A stretch of DNA of 64,000 nucleotides from Azolla caroliniana. Its lineage: Eukaryota; Plantae; Polypodiophyta. The stretch is taken from positions 16,058,001-16,122,000 of the forward strand of contig JBHGNT010000018.1 in assembly GCA_043228905.1 (NCBI GenBank), given 5' to 3'. The translations under genes and the position numbers were made by a program. The notes beneath the pieces were generated by a model. It was not told the DNA's origin. It ran no database searches and worked only from the letters and a program-made list of their open reading frames with translations. This document shows, piece after piece, positions 1 through 11,227 of this stretch (position 1 is its first letter; each line of letters opens with the position of its first letter).

Positions 1-464
1 CAACTATCTGGGAGGGAACCGAGCAGGAGCAATGCAAGTACCTCATCGGCAAGACGTACTTCCAACGAGGTTGCCTGGTGGATCAGTCCTTGGAAGGCAT
101 TCATGTGCTCCGCCATACTAGAGCCGTCTTGGTAACGGAGCCTCACTAGCTTCTGGAATACTGAAACCCAATTAACGGCATTCTTGCTCTGGAACATGAT
201 GTCGATCTTCTCCCAAAGTTCATGAGCCTTGCTCTCTTCATTGAAGTTGTTGTATAGGCTCATGTCGATGAAGCACCGGATGTATGTCGTTGTCTTCATG
301 TGCATCACCTCCCATGCTATGGTGTTGATCTTATCCGGTCTCTTGTCCCCGAACTGAACCGACAACCAAAGATCTTTAACCACCAGCATATCCCTCATCT
401 TCGACTTCCACACTGAGTAGTTGGAGCCGGTGAGCTTGAACATGGCTCCGAACGATTCTTCCAT
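1..464 (-). pseudogene. Ty1/copia gag N-terminus (runs off the window)
   Basis: Minus-strand translation MEESFGAMFKLTGSNYSVWKSKMRDMLVVKDLW... matches the gag starting at 58148. A tRNA-iMet PBS (GCTCTGATACCA on +) lies at 479-490. Confidence 0.85.
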
Positions 465-493
465 TTCTTGTGTTGTTCGCTCTGATACCAGTT

Positions 494-1031
494 TGAAGAG
501 AATAGCACGGAATATTGCTCGCCCACAACCGAGTCTTGAATCACTTCTATGAGAATGAAACACATAAATGGGAAATGGAGAGTACACAAGGAAATACACA
601 AGATGTTTACGTGGAAAACCCTAATAGGGAAAAACCATGGGAGCCCACAGACTCCAAACTATCACTATATGAGAAAGGTACATTCAGAGCCTCAGAGGCA
701 ACGATCTCAAGCTCTGTATCTTCGCCAACCGGCGGTTACAACAGAGTATTGCTCTGTATCTCACACTCTCTCTCACTATCGCTCTCTGTACAACAGTTAC
801 AACAGTATGACAACAACACTATGCACTATCACACACCTAAAGTGATTGCCCTAAGTCATATTTATACTTATATGAACTTAGGGTTATTTACAAATGTAGC
901 CTCAATAGGCTTACTCAAGACATATTTACAAAACTGTCTTCTCTTCTGGTTCTCACCGAGTCCATCCGATCCGGTTTCCAAATCTCTTCGTTCACAGCCC
1001 GATCCCATCCGGAGGGACCGATTTCCCAACA
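494..1031 (-). mobile_element. 5' LTR of a minus-strand copia element inserted into a plus-strand copia pol
   Basis: TG...CA ends and an adjacent PBS. Similar to the LTRs at 3305-3828 and 16415-16980. Copia pol sequence starts abruptly at 1032. Confidence 0.8.
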
Positions 1032-2955
1032 ATGTGTTTGACAACATCAACCGGGTGCAAGTTGCTACTGAAAGATGTACGAAACATTCTGGAGGTTTGG
1101 TTGAACCTGATATCAGCCGGTCAACTAGATGATGAAGGCTACACGGGTAGCATCCAGAATGGAGTCATGAAGTTTTGCAAAGGAATCCTGATCGTGGCTC
1201 GAGCCCGAAAAATCAACACGATGTACCTGATGCATGTGTGTTTGACAACGTCAACCGGGTGCAAGTTGCTGCTGAAAGATGAACGACACATTCTGGAGGT
1301 TCGGTTGAACCTGATATCAGCCGGTCGACTAGATGATGAAGGCTACACGGGTAGCATCCAGAATGGAGTCACGAAGTTTTGCAAAGGAATCCTGATCGTG
1401 GCTTGAGCCCGAAAAATCAACACGATGTACTTGATGCATGCCCGGATATACTGGGAAGAAGTGAATGTGGCATCCGACAATGTCAGTGAGTTGTGGCACA
1501 AGAGGTTGTACCACATGAGCCAGAAAGGGATGCATAAAATTACCGAGGATAACCTCATTCTGAAGGTGAAAGACGTGCAGCTTAAGAAGTGCACCGATTG
1601 CTTGGTTGGCAAGGAAAACCGAACATCTTTCCGGTCAAGACCACCGACGAGACAGAATGCACCGCTGGAACTTGTGCATACCGATGTATGCCAAGTGGAC
1701 ATGAAGTCACATGCCGAATCACAGTACGTCGTGATGTTTATAGACGACCACAGCCGGAAGTTGTGGGTATCACCGTTGAAGACGAAGGACTAGGTATTAT
1801 CCGTCTTCAAGGAATTCCACGCGAGGATGGAAAGGGAAACCAACCGGAAGCTAAAGGTGGTTCGAGTGGACAACAGAGGTGAATACCGGGGGCAATTCAA
1901 GGAGTATTGTCGGGCGAAGGGAATCCAACTCAAATTCACTATGCCGAAGACGTCGTCACTAAATGGGCTAGTCGAAAGAATGAACCGGACTGTGATGGAG
2001 AGAGTCTAAAGCATGTTTGCACATGTTAACTTACACAAGAAGTTTTGGGTTGAGGCACTGATGATGGCGACCTATGTGTTAAACAAATCACCCTTAGCAC
2101 CCTTGGATGGAGACACACCCTAGAGAGTATGGACCGGTAAAGAAGTGTCTTACCGACATCTAAAGGTGTTCAACTGTCTCACTTATGTTCCTGTTGCAAA
2201 GGATAAGAGAGAAAAGTTGGATCTAAAGTCCCGAGCATGCATATTCCTTGGATATGGTGATGATGAGTTCGGTTATTCAGTGTGGGACTTGGTCGACAAG
2301 AAGGTCTTCCAGAGTTGAGACATAGTCTTCATGGAAGACAATAACATTGTTGATTGGGAGTCGATGAAGAAGATAGTGGACTCCTGGTCAACCGACACAG
2401 ATCGGTCAAAAGATACAAGGACCCATCCGGTAGGAAGCCGGATGACACTCGAAGGACAAACCAAAGTCGGACAAGAAACTGAACCTATCGAAGAAGAAGA
2501 TTTGGACACCGAAACCAAACAAGACCCTGAATCTGATTTGGATGAAGAATAGACAGAGGAACCGGTGATTGAGAACCAAGGATGAAGATATCCTCTTTGA
2601 GAGAGAAATCCCCCCGGAGATTTCTGGATGTAGAGAATGTCTTATTAACCGACGAGGGGGAGCTAGAAAGCTTCAAAGAAGCAAAGAAAGACACCCACAG
2701 TTGCAAGTGGTTAAGTGCCATGTAGGATGAGATGGATTCCCTGCATGAGAACCACACATATGAATTGACGGAGTTACCAAAAAGAAAGAGAGCGCTCCGG
2801 AATAAGTGGGTGTACAAGCCAAAACCGTGAGACACCAAAAATGCACCAAGATACAAAGCCCGGATAGTGGTGAAGGGTTTCCAACAGAAGAAAGGTGTGG
2901 ATTTCGACGAGATCTTTGCCTTAGTAGTAAAGATGACAGCCATCCGGACAATGCT
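1032..2955 (+). pseudogene. Degenerate copia pol (protease tail, GAG-pre-integrase, integrase, start of RT)
   Basis: LWHKRLYHMS, LELVHTDVC, FIDDHSRK and NGLVERMNRT motifs with many stops. Contains a 204-bp tandem duplication at ~1032-1440. Confidence 0.9.
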
Positions 2956-3828
2956 CTGCCATGTTGGATCCATCTTGGTATCAGAGTCTCACTAACTTCC
3001 GAAAATACCAAAACCCGATTTACGGCGTTCTTGCTCTCCAACATGGTGCCGATTTTCTCCCAAAGCACATGAGCCTTACTCTCTTCATTAAACTTGTTGT
3101 ACATGCTCATGTCGATGAAACATCGAATGTATGTTGTCATCTTCATGTGCATCACCTCTCAAGTCGCGGCATCAATCATGTTCTGGTCTTTTGTCTCCAA
3201 ACTGTACCGGCTGCTAGAGGTATTTAACCACCAACATGTCCCTCATCTTCGACTTCCACACTGGGTAGTTGGAGCTGGTGAGCTTCCATGCTCTAATACC
3301 AGATTGTAGGTAATAGCGCTCGACCACGATTGAGTCTCAAACTCACAATGGAAGAAATAACCAGAAAATAACAATGCACTTCCACAAACAATAGAGGCGA
3401 CACCAAATGTTTATGTGGAAAACCCTAATCAGGGGAACAAAAACCATGGGAGCCCATAGACTCCAACTATCACTATGAGAGAAGGGGTACAACAAAATGA
3501 CTCTTAGAGGCAACAACCTCGAGATTTGTATCTTCGCCAACCAGCAGTTACAACAGAAAAGGCTTTTAGTCTCTCTCTCTCTCTATTTGTGTCTCTATAT
3601 AACAATAATGATAACAACAACAACCTACATGACACTATTTTCCCTAGTTATATTTATACTCATATAACTTATAGGATATTTACAAATATGACCTCAACGG
3701 TCACGTCTGAATATATTTACAAATATGTTCTTACTTGCTGGTTCACACCGGATCCGGATGGACTTGTTCCGGATCCATCCGGTCCAGTTCTCATCCGGAT
3801 CCCATCCGGAGGGACCTGGTTCTTAACA
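2956..3828 (-). mobile_element. Minus-strand copia fragment: LTR 3305-3828, PBS 3290-3301, gag start
   Basis: TG..CA LTR, decayed PBS GCTCTAATACCA, gag ORF ...HMKMTTYIRCFIDMSMYNKFNEESK. Confidence 0.8.
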
Positions 3829-4451
3829 AGTTGTCACTTTAGGGCAACGCCGGGCCGAAAGGGAAACACCTATCCCTAGCAAGGGTAAAATCAAGCTTGT
3901 TGGATGAAGAGGCTCGTTAGACAGACAAGGAAGTGATCTCCGACCCAATAGCCCTGGTTACCGAAACCGACACACAATGGGGAAGAGGCCGGAATCAGAG
4001 TTCCCAAAACCAGGACAAATCGGGGACGAGGTTGTTATCCATATAGGTGTACGGGAAGGTTAAGGTGTAATGTGTATGAGTGTGTGAGGATGAGTATGTG
4101 TATGGACACATGCACAATTATGTGCATGTGTACAAGAATGCATAACGGTCTTATTTATAACGGTGATGTGACTGTTACATTGGATGTATTATATAAACCC
4201 CTTATGGGCCATGTAATGAATATAGTTTTTTTCCCCTCATTTTTGGTGTCATCCTTATTTTCACCCTCCTTCTCTATCTCTCACACGTAACCCCCCTTGG
4301 GAGGGGGGTGAAGCCATAACAACACTTTTGGCATGCCCGAATAGCCTACCCCCCTTGAGAAGAAGTCTCTCCCTCTCCATCCCTCTCTACGTTTCTATGT
4401 CTACCTGTATGCATTGTTTCGAATGAAACCTAAAGCAAAGCAACGACGTCC

Positions 4452-4670
4452 ATGGCCATGGTGCCTGAAGCTCCCACCCCCTTCCTCATATCAATGAAAG
4501 GGTTGAATGTGAAGACTCGTCATCCTTCTTCTTGCAAGAGCTCCCAGATGTATTAGCGCATCTTTTCTCTTCTTTGGCACCCAGGGATCTCTGCAACCTC
4601 AGTCTCACTTGCAAGAAGCCGCACAATATCTACATGTCAGACAAGCTATTATGGCCTCAGTGCAACATAG
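4452..4670 (+). pseudogene. F-box-like gene fragment inside the LTR element
   Basis: LQELPDVLAHLFSSLAPRDLCNLSLTCKK..SDKLLW resembles the F-box consensus LxxLPxEILxxIFxxLxxxDLxxxxxVCKxW. Confidence 0.6.
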
Positions 4671-4888
4671 CTAGACAAATAGACAATCTCTCTTCTTTTT
4701 CTTCTTCTTTCAAACCTCCTCGTTCTTCTCCATATGTCTCATCTTCTCTTTTACTAGTATTACTAGTTTTAGCTTTCTGAGGGCCTAAATTTTTTTTACT
4801 CTTGCTTCCTTTTCTCTCTTCATTTTGCACTCAATTAGGGTTTGTGATACAATCTCTGTTGGGATTTCGGTCCCTCCGGATGGGATGT

Positions 4889-5157
4889 CCGGATGATGAA
4901 GACCCCGGTTACGGAGCCGGATGAAGAGTACCCGGATACGGACCCGGATGATGAAGACCCCGGTTACGGAGCCGGATGAAGAGTACCCGGATACGGATCC
5001 GGATGATGAAGACCCCGGTTACGGAGCCGGATGAAGAGTACCCGGATACGGACCCGGATGATGAAGACCCCGGTTACGGAGCCGGATGAAGAGTACCCGG
5101 ATACGGATCCGGATGATGAAGACCCCGGTTACGGAGCCGGATGACGAATGTACCCGG
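4889..5157 (+). repeat. 55-bp tandem array in LTR U3 (about 5 units; repeated in the 3' LTR at ~9772-10040)
   Basis: Unit CCGGATGATGAAGACCCCGGTTACGGAGCCGGATGAAGAGTACCCGGATACGGA(C/T) starts at 4889, 4944, 4999, 5054 and 5109. Confidence 0.95.
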
Positions 5158-5655
5158 AGAGAGATTCGGATGCGGGGACATATTTGTGAATATGTTTGCT
5201 AAGAGCCCTTGTGGCTATATTTGTAAATAGCCCGAAAGTCATATATGTATAAATATGACTTAGGGCAAACAGTTTATGTTGTTGCTCATTTTATGTTTTC
5301 AGCCGTGAGAGCGAAGTGAGAGCAGCCGAGAGAGAGAGGAAGTGAGAGAGAGAGGAAGAGGTCGACGCCTCTGTGTATTGCCGCCGCCTGTGGCGAAGAC
5401 AGTGAGCTCAAGGTCGTTGCCTTGAAGCTTCACCATTGTACATCCCTGTTCATAGTGATAGTTGGAGTTGTGCACTCCCGTGGTTTTTCCCGTTTAGGGT
5501 TTTCCACGTAAAACACTCTGTGTACTCTTCTCTCTCTATAGTCTTCGTGAACTTTGTATTTTCCTGTTTTCTGGAGTTGATCCTATTCCTCGGTTGTGGC
5601 CGAGAGCTGTTTTTTTTTTTTCAACAAACTGGTATCAGAGCGACTGTTGCAGAAA

Positions 5656-8600
5656 ATGGAAGGCGGCGGCAGCGGGCAGCCGATGATGATGGTGCTGAAT
5701 GCACAAAATTACGCCGACTGGAAGATCAAGATGGAGGATCTTCTGATTGTTCGGGACCTGTACGAACCGATTGACAGGTCGGAAATACCGAAAGGGGTAC
5801 TTGAGTCGGAGTGGAAGCTCCTGAACCGGAAAGCCGTAGCGACGATCCGACAATATGTCGACGTAAGCGTCCTACAACATGTGGCGAACGACACCAACGC
5901 ATACGAAATGTGGAAGAAGCTGTCGGGCCTCTATGAGAGGAAGAATGCGTTGAACCGGACCTCCCTGATGAGGAAGATTGTGAATCTCAAGTACCGGGAC
6001 GGCGAGAGTATGGTGGAACACGTAAGCACGTTCATGGGATTCGTGAACCAGCTTGCGGCGATCAAGTTCCCGTTGGAGGATGCAATGCAAGCCATCATCC
6101 TGATGTGTACATTGCCGGACAGCTGGGAGAACTTGGTGGTGACTCTCAGCACCTCCTGCGCCGAAGATAACTTGTCCCTACAAACGGTAAAGACAAGTAT
6201 TTTGAACGAAGAAGCGCGTCGGAGAGATAAAGAACCGGTCTCCGACTCGAAGGCGCTGCTTACCGAATCGGATCGGGGAAGACAATGGAACCGGAGTCCG
6301 CAAAGACGGGAGAAGTCGGGGACCCGGTCGCAGTCAAGAGGAAGGCCCACATGCTTCCACTGTGGGAAGCCGGGGCATTTCCGGAAGAATTGTCGGCATT
6401 ACCGAAAGGACAACGGAGCCGACGACACCGATTCGAAGAAGTCACCGGAGAGAAACGGTGCATACCGGGGAGCCACGGACCGGAGAGGTTCGGATCGGCG
6501 AGGGCAGGACCGGAAAGGAACGACGGCACTCGCGGCAAGTGAAGAAGAGATAATGCTCATTACCGAAGAGAGGGAGCTGAACCTTGCCGGTGTAGAGATG
6601 ACCTGGGTGGTCGATTCCGGAGCGTCGTTCCACTTGACCCCGGAGAAGAAATACTTCTCATCCTACACAGCCGGTGAGCACGGCTTTGTCCGGATGGGAA
6701 ATGAAGGTACATGCCGGATTGCCGGCATAGGAGACGTGTGGCTGATGACATCAACCGGATGCAAGATGCTGCTGAAGAATGTCCGACACGTTCCGGAGGT
6801 TCGACTGAACCTGATTTCGGTCGGGAGGCTAGATGATGAAGGCTACACGGGTAGCATCCGGAACGGTGTCATGAAGTTCAGCAAAGGGAGCTTGATAGTG
6901 GCTCGGGCCCGGAAGGTCAACACACTGTACCTGATGAATGCCTGGTTATGTCCGGAAGAGCTGAATGTGGCAGCCGACACTGCCGGTGAGCTGTGGCACA
7001 AAAGACTGTGCCACATGAGTGAGAAGGGGATGAAGAGGCTTGCAGAAGACAACCTTATCCCAGTGAAGCATGTGCACCTGGAGAAGTGCACCGATTGCCT
7101 GGCCGGTAAACAGAACCGAACCTCCTTCCACTCAAGGCCACCGACGAGACGTAACGCACCATTGGAGTTGGTGCACACCGATGTGTGTCAGGTAGAAACG
7201 AAGTCACATGGCGGAGCCCAGTACTTCGTAACTTTCATAGATGATCATAGCCGAAGACTGTGGACGGCACCGATGAAGACAAAGGACCAAGTGTTGTCCG
7301 TCTTCAAAGAACTCCACGCGAGAGTGGAAAGGGAATCCGGCAAGAAGCTGAAAGCGATACGAGCGGATAACGGAGGGGAATACCGGGGGCAGTTCCAGGA
7401 GTACTGTCGCTCGAAGGGAATCCGACTCGAGTTTACTGTGCCGAAGACGCCGGAACTGAACGGGCTGGCCGAGAGGATGAACCGGACCATAATGGAGAGG
7501 GTCCGGAGTATGCTGGCGCATGCGAAATTACCCAAGGGGTTTTGGGCTGAGGCAATGTCGACGGCGACATATGTGATAAACAGATCACCCTCAGTACCTT
7601 TGGACGGAGACACGCCGCAGAGAGTGTGGACCGGTAAGGAAGTATCCTACCGGCATCTGAAGGTGTTCGGGTGTCTCGCATACGTGCATGTGGCAAAGGA
7701 CCGGAGAGGAAAGCTAGATCCAAAGACCCGGCCATGCATATTCCTCGGTTACGGCGACGACGAGTTCGGCTACCGAGTATGGGACCCGGTCGACAAGAAG
7801 ATATTCAGGAGTCGTGATATCATCTTCATGGAGAACAAGACACTCGCCGACTGGGAGTCGGAGAAGAAGATGAAGAGCTCCAAGTCGACCGGTGAGGATC
7901 AACTCTACGAGGAGCAGTCCCGACCGGCAAGGGACCGGTTAGCACTCGAGGACCCGGCCGAAGACGGTGAAGAAACAGAACCGGCCGAAGAAGATGAAAA
8001 CGATACCGGAACCGGCCCCGATCCCGAAATGGATTCGGATGAAGAAGAATCGGAAGAACCAGTTACCGAAGCTCCGGAACAGAGATATCCTCTAAGAGAG
8101 AGAAGGGCCCCCCGGAGATTTCCGGAACCAGAGCACGTGCTGCTAACCGACGAAGGGGAGCCGGAGAGCTTTGAAGAAGCAAAGCATGACACCCAGAGCC
8201 GCAGGTGGTTGAGTGCCATGCAGGACGAGATGGATTCCCTGCATGAGAACCACACATATGAACTTGTGGAGTTGCCGAAAGGAAAACGGGCACTCCGTAA
8301 CAAGTGGGTGTTCAAGCTGAAACCGGGAGATGCCGGAAACCCCCCGAGATACAAAGCCAGGATCGTGGTGAAGGGGTTTCAGCAGAAGAAGGGCGTCGAC
8401 TTCGACGAGATATTTGCCCCGGTAGTGAAGATGACCTCCATCCGGACGGTGCTGAGCATAGCGGCAAGCATGGACCTCGAGGTAGAACAGATGGACGTGA
8501 AGACGGCATTCCTTCACGGTGACCTCGATGAAGAGATCTACATGCAGCAACCGGAAGGATTCGAGAAGAAAGGGAAGGAGCACCTGGTATGCCGGTTGAA

Positions 8601-9729
8601 GAAGAGCCTTTACGGACTGAAGCAGGCTCCCCGGCAATGGTACCGGAAGTTCGACTCCTTCATGACCGACGAAGGGTACCTCAAAACGCAGTCCGACCAC
8701 TGCGTGTTTGTGAAGAAGTTCGAAGGAGGAGATTTTCTAATACTCCTCCTGTACGTGGACGACATGTTGATCGTCGGACGGGACCAGGTCAAGATACGGA
8801 TGCTGAAGAAGGCTCTTCACCGAACCTTCTCAATGAAGGACTTGGGTCCGGCGAGACAAATACTAGGGATGCACATCATCCGGGACCGGAGCAAGAAGCA
8901 GTTGTGGCTGTCACAAGAGAAGTACGTGACAAAGGTGCTTCAACGGTTCAACATGTCGGAAGCAAGACCGGTCGGATCAACCCTACCGGCAAACTGCAAG
9001 TTGTCCAGCAAGCAAAGTCCCAAGACAAAGGCTGAAAAGGAGGATATGATGAAAGTGCCGTATGCCTCAGCTGTCGGGAGCCTGATGTACGCCATGGTGT
9101 GTACGAGACCGGACATCGGATACGCAGTCGGAGTGGTGAGCCGGTACATGAGCAATCCCGGCAAAGAGCATTGGAACGCGGTCAAGTGGATACTTCGATA
9201 CCTGAAGGGCACGGCAAACGTGTGCCTCCGATTCGGCTCCGGTAAGCCCGAACTCGACGGTTTCACCGATTCGGATATGTCGGCTGATGCAGATACCAGC
9301 CGGTCCACATCAGGGTATGTGATGACTTATGCAGGGGGAGCCGTTTCGTGGCAGTCGAGGCTGCAGAAGACGGTTGCGTTGTCAACCACGGAGGCGGAGT
9401 ACATGGCAGCTGTTGAAGCCGGCAAGGAAATAATATGGATGAAGGACTTCATTAGAGAGCTCGGGATCCGGCAGGAGGAGTACCGACTCTACTGCGATAG
9501 TCAGAGTGCCATCCACCTTGCAAAGAACGCGGCCTACCATTCCCGGACGAAACACATCCAGCGTAGATACCACTGGATCCGGGAAAGGATAGAAGACAAG
9601 GAGTTCGTGCTGACGAAGATCCACACGAACGAGAACGGGTCGGATATGCTGACCAAGGTGCTCACACCCGACAAGCTGGAAGCATGCCGGAAGAGGATCG
9701 GGTTGGAGAGACATCCCATGCCGAAGTGA
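5656..9729 (+). CDS. Copia Gag-Pol polyprotein (1357 aa; Gag, zinc knuckle, protease, integrase, RT, RNaseH)
   Basis: CFHCGKPGHFRKNC, WVVDSGAS, LWHKRLCH, VHTDVC, NGLAERMNRT, LYVDDML and TEAEY motifs. This is the first ATG after the PBS. Confidence 0.95.
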   Translation: MEGGGSGQPMMMVLNAQNYADWKIKMEDLLIVRDLYEPIDRSEIPKGVLESEWKLLNRKAVATIRQYVDVSVLQHVANDTNAYEMWKKLSGLYERKNALNRTSLMRKIVNLKYRDGESMVEHVSTFMGFVNQLAAIKFPLEDAMQAIILMCTLPDSWENLVVTLSTSCAEDNLSLQTVKTSILNEEARRRDKEPVSDSKALLTESDRGRQWNRSPQRREKSGTRSQSRGRPTCFHCGKPGHFRKNCRHYRKDNGADDTDSKKSPERNGAYRGATDRRGSDRRGQDRKGTTALAASEEEIMLITEERELNLAGVEMTWVVDSGASFHLTPEKKYFSSYTAGEHGFVRMGNEGTCRIAGIGDVWLMTSTGCKMLLKNVRHVPEVRLNLISVGRLDDEGYTGSIRNGVMKFSKGSLIVARARKVNTLYLMNAWLCPEELNVAADTAGELWHKRLCHMSEKGMKRLAEDNLIPVKHVHLEKCTDCLAGKQNRTSFHSRPPTRRNAPLELVHTDVCQVETKSHGGAQYFVTFIDDHSRRLWTAPMKTKDQVLSVFKELHARVERESGKKLKAIRADNGGEYRGQFQEYCRSKGIRLEFTVPKTPELNGLAERMNRTIMERVRSMLAHAKLPKGFWAEAMSTATYVINRSPSVPLDGDTPQRVWTGKEVSYRHLKVFGCLAYVHVAKDRRGKLDPKTRPCIFLGYGDDEFGYRVWDPVDKKIFRSRDIIFMENKTLADWESEKKMKSSKSTGEDQLYEEQSRPARDRLALEDPAEDGEETEPAEEDENDTGTGPDPEMDSDEEESEEPVTEAPEQRYPLRERRAPRRFPEPEHVLLTDEGEPESFEEAKHDTQSRRWLSAMQDEMDSLHENHTYELVELPKGKRALRNKWVFKLKPGDAGNPPRYKARIVVKGFQQKKGVDFDEIFAPVVKMTSIRTVLSIAASMDLEVEQMDVKTAFLHGDLDEEIYMQQPEGFEKKGKEHLVCRLKKSLYGLKQAPRQWYRKFDSFMTDEGYLKTQSDHCVFVKKFEGGDFLILLLYVDDMLIVGRDQVKIRMLKKALHRTFSMKDLGPARQILGMHIIRDRSKKQLWLSQEKYVTKVLQRFNMSEARPVGSTLPANCKLSSKQSPKTKAEKEDMMKVPYASAVGSLMYAMVCTRPDIGYAVGVVSRYMSNPGKEHWNAVKWILRYLKGTANVCLRFGSGKPELDGFTDSDMSADADTSRSTSGYVMTYAGGAVSWQSRLQKTVALSTTEAEYMAAVEAGKEIIWMKDFIRELGIRQEEYRLYCDSQSAIHLAKNAAYHSRTKHIQRRYHWIRERIEDKEFVLTKIHTNENGSDMLTKVLTPDKLEACRKRIGLERHPMPK

Positions 9730-10545
9730 AGGGGGAGTTTGTTGGGATTTCGGTCCCTCCGGATGGGATGTCCGGATGATGAAGACCCCGGTTACGGAGC
9801 CGGATGAAGAGTACCCGGATACGGACCCGGATGATGAAGACCCCGGTTACGGAGCCGGATGAAGAGTACCCGGATACGGATCCGGATGATGAAGACCCCG
9901 GTTACGGAGCCGGATGAAGAGTACCCGGATACGGACCCGGATGATGAAGACCCCGGTTACGGAGCCGGATGAAGAGTACCCGGATACGGATCCGGATGAT
10001 GAAGACCCCGGTTACGGAGCCGGATGACGAATGTACCCGGAGAGAGATTCGGATGCGGGGACATATTTGTGAATATGTTTGCTAAGAGCCCTTGTGGCTA
10101 TATTTGTAAATAGCCCGAAAGTCATATATGTATAAATATGACTTAGGGCAAACAGTTTATGTTGTTGCTCATTTTATGTTTTCAGCCGTGAGAGCGAAGT
10201 GAGAGCAGCCGAGAGAGAGAGGAAGTGAGAGAGAGAGGAAGAGGTCGACGCCTCTGTGTATTGCCGCCGCCTGTGGCGAAGACAGTGAGCTCAAGGTCGT
10301 TGCCTTGAAGCTTCACCATTGTACATCCCTGTTCATAGTGATAGTTGGAGTTGTGCACTCCCGTGGTTTTTCCCGTTTAGGGTTTTCCACATAAAACACT
10401 CTGTGTACTCTTCTCTCTCTATAGTCTTCGTGAACTTTGTATTTTCCTGTTTTCTGGAGTTGATCCTATTCCTCGGTTGTGGCCGAGAGCTGTTTTTTTT
10501 TTTTCAACAATCTCTAGGTGGTTTTGTCTACTTCATTTGCTCACC

Positions 10546-11227
10546 ATGGCCAAGGACAGGCCTGCTATCAGTATCTGGTATCAAGCTTAGTACTACTTAC
10601 TCCTGTGTTGGTGTGTGGCAACACGACTGTGTCAAGATCATCGCGAATGACGCCCTCTTACATTGCCTTCACTGACACCGAGTGTCTTATTGGTGATGCA
10701 GCCAAGAAGCAAGTCACCATGAACCCTATCAATATAATTTTCGATGCCAAGCATCTTATTGGTAGCTAATTTTCTGTCTAGAGTGATATCAAGTTGTAGC
10801 CTTTCAAGGTTACTTCTGGACCCCTTGAAAAACCTATGATCACCGTACAGTATAAGGGAGAGGAGGAGGAGCTCGCATGTGAAGAGGTGTCCTCTATGGT
10901 TATTGTGAAAATGAAGGAGATTGTTGAGCCTTTTCTTGGAACTACTATCAAGCATATTGTGGTCATGATGCCTGCTTACTTCAATGACTCTCAGAGACAA
11001 GCCACAAACGATGACTGGTGTGATTTCTATTCTAAATGTAATGAGAATTATCAACAAACCAATGGTCTAGACAAGAAGGCCACCAATGTGGTGAAAGCCA
11101 CTACTAGAGATACAGCTCAAGACAACAATTGAGATTGATTCCCTTTATGAAGGGATTGATTTTTACTCCACCATCACAAGAGATAGGTTTGAGGAACTTA
11201 ACATGGATCTCTTTTGGAAGTCTATGG
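10546..11227 (+). pseudogene. HSP70: Cytosolic HSP70 pseudogene (N-terminal ATPase part, internally deleted)
   Basis: [46 protein letters not shown] and [29 protein letters not shown], with frameshifts and deletions. Confidence 0.92.

Larger units (their letters stand above)
4857..10509 (+). mobile_element. Intact, very young Ty1/copia retrotransposon
   Basis: 770-bp LTRs (4857-5626, 9740-10509) with one mismatch seen. TSD ATCTC, PBS TGGTATCAGAGC at 5630-5641, PPT at ~9723-9737, uninterrupted polyprotein. Confidence 0.97.

Noticed and set aside
4889-5157. Regular repeats resembling a CRISPR array
   Set aside because: No unique spacers and no cas genes. It is a tandem array duplicated in both LTRs of a eukaryotic retrotransposon.
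5596-5655. N-terminal extension of the 1377-aa ORF
   Set aside because: It starts at a GTG inside the LTR/PBS. The first ATG is at 5656. The same applies to 58076 versus 58148.
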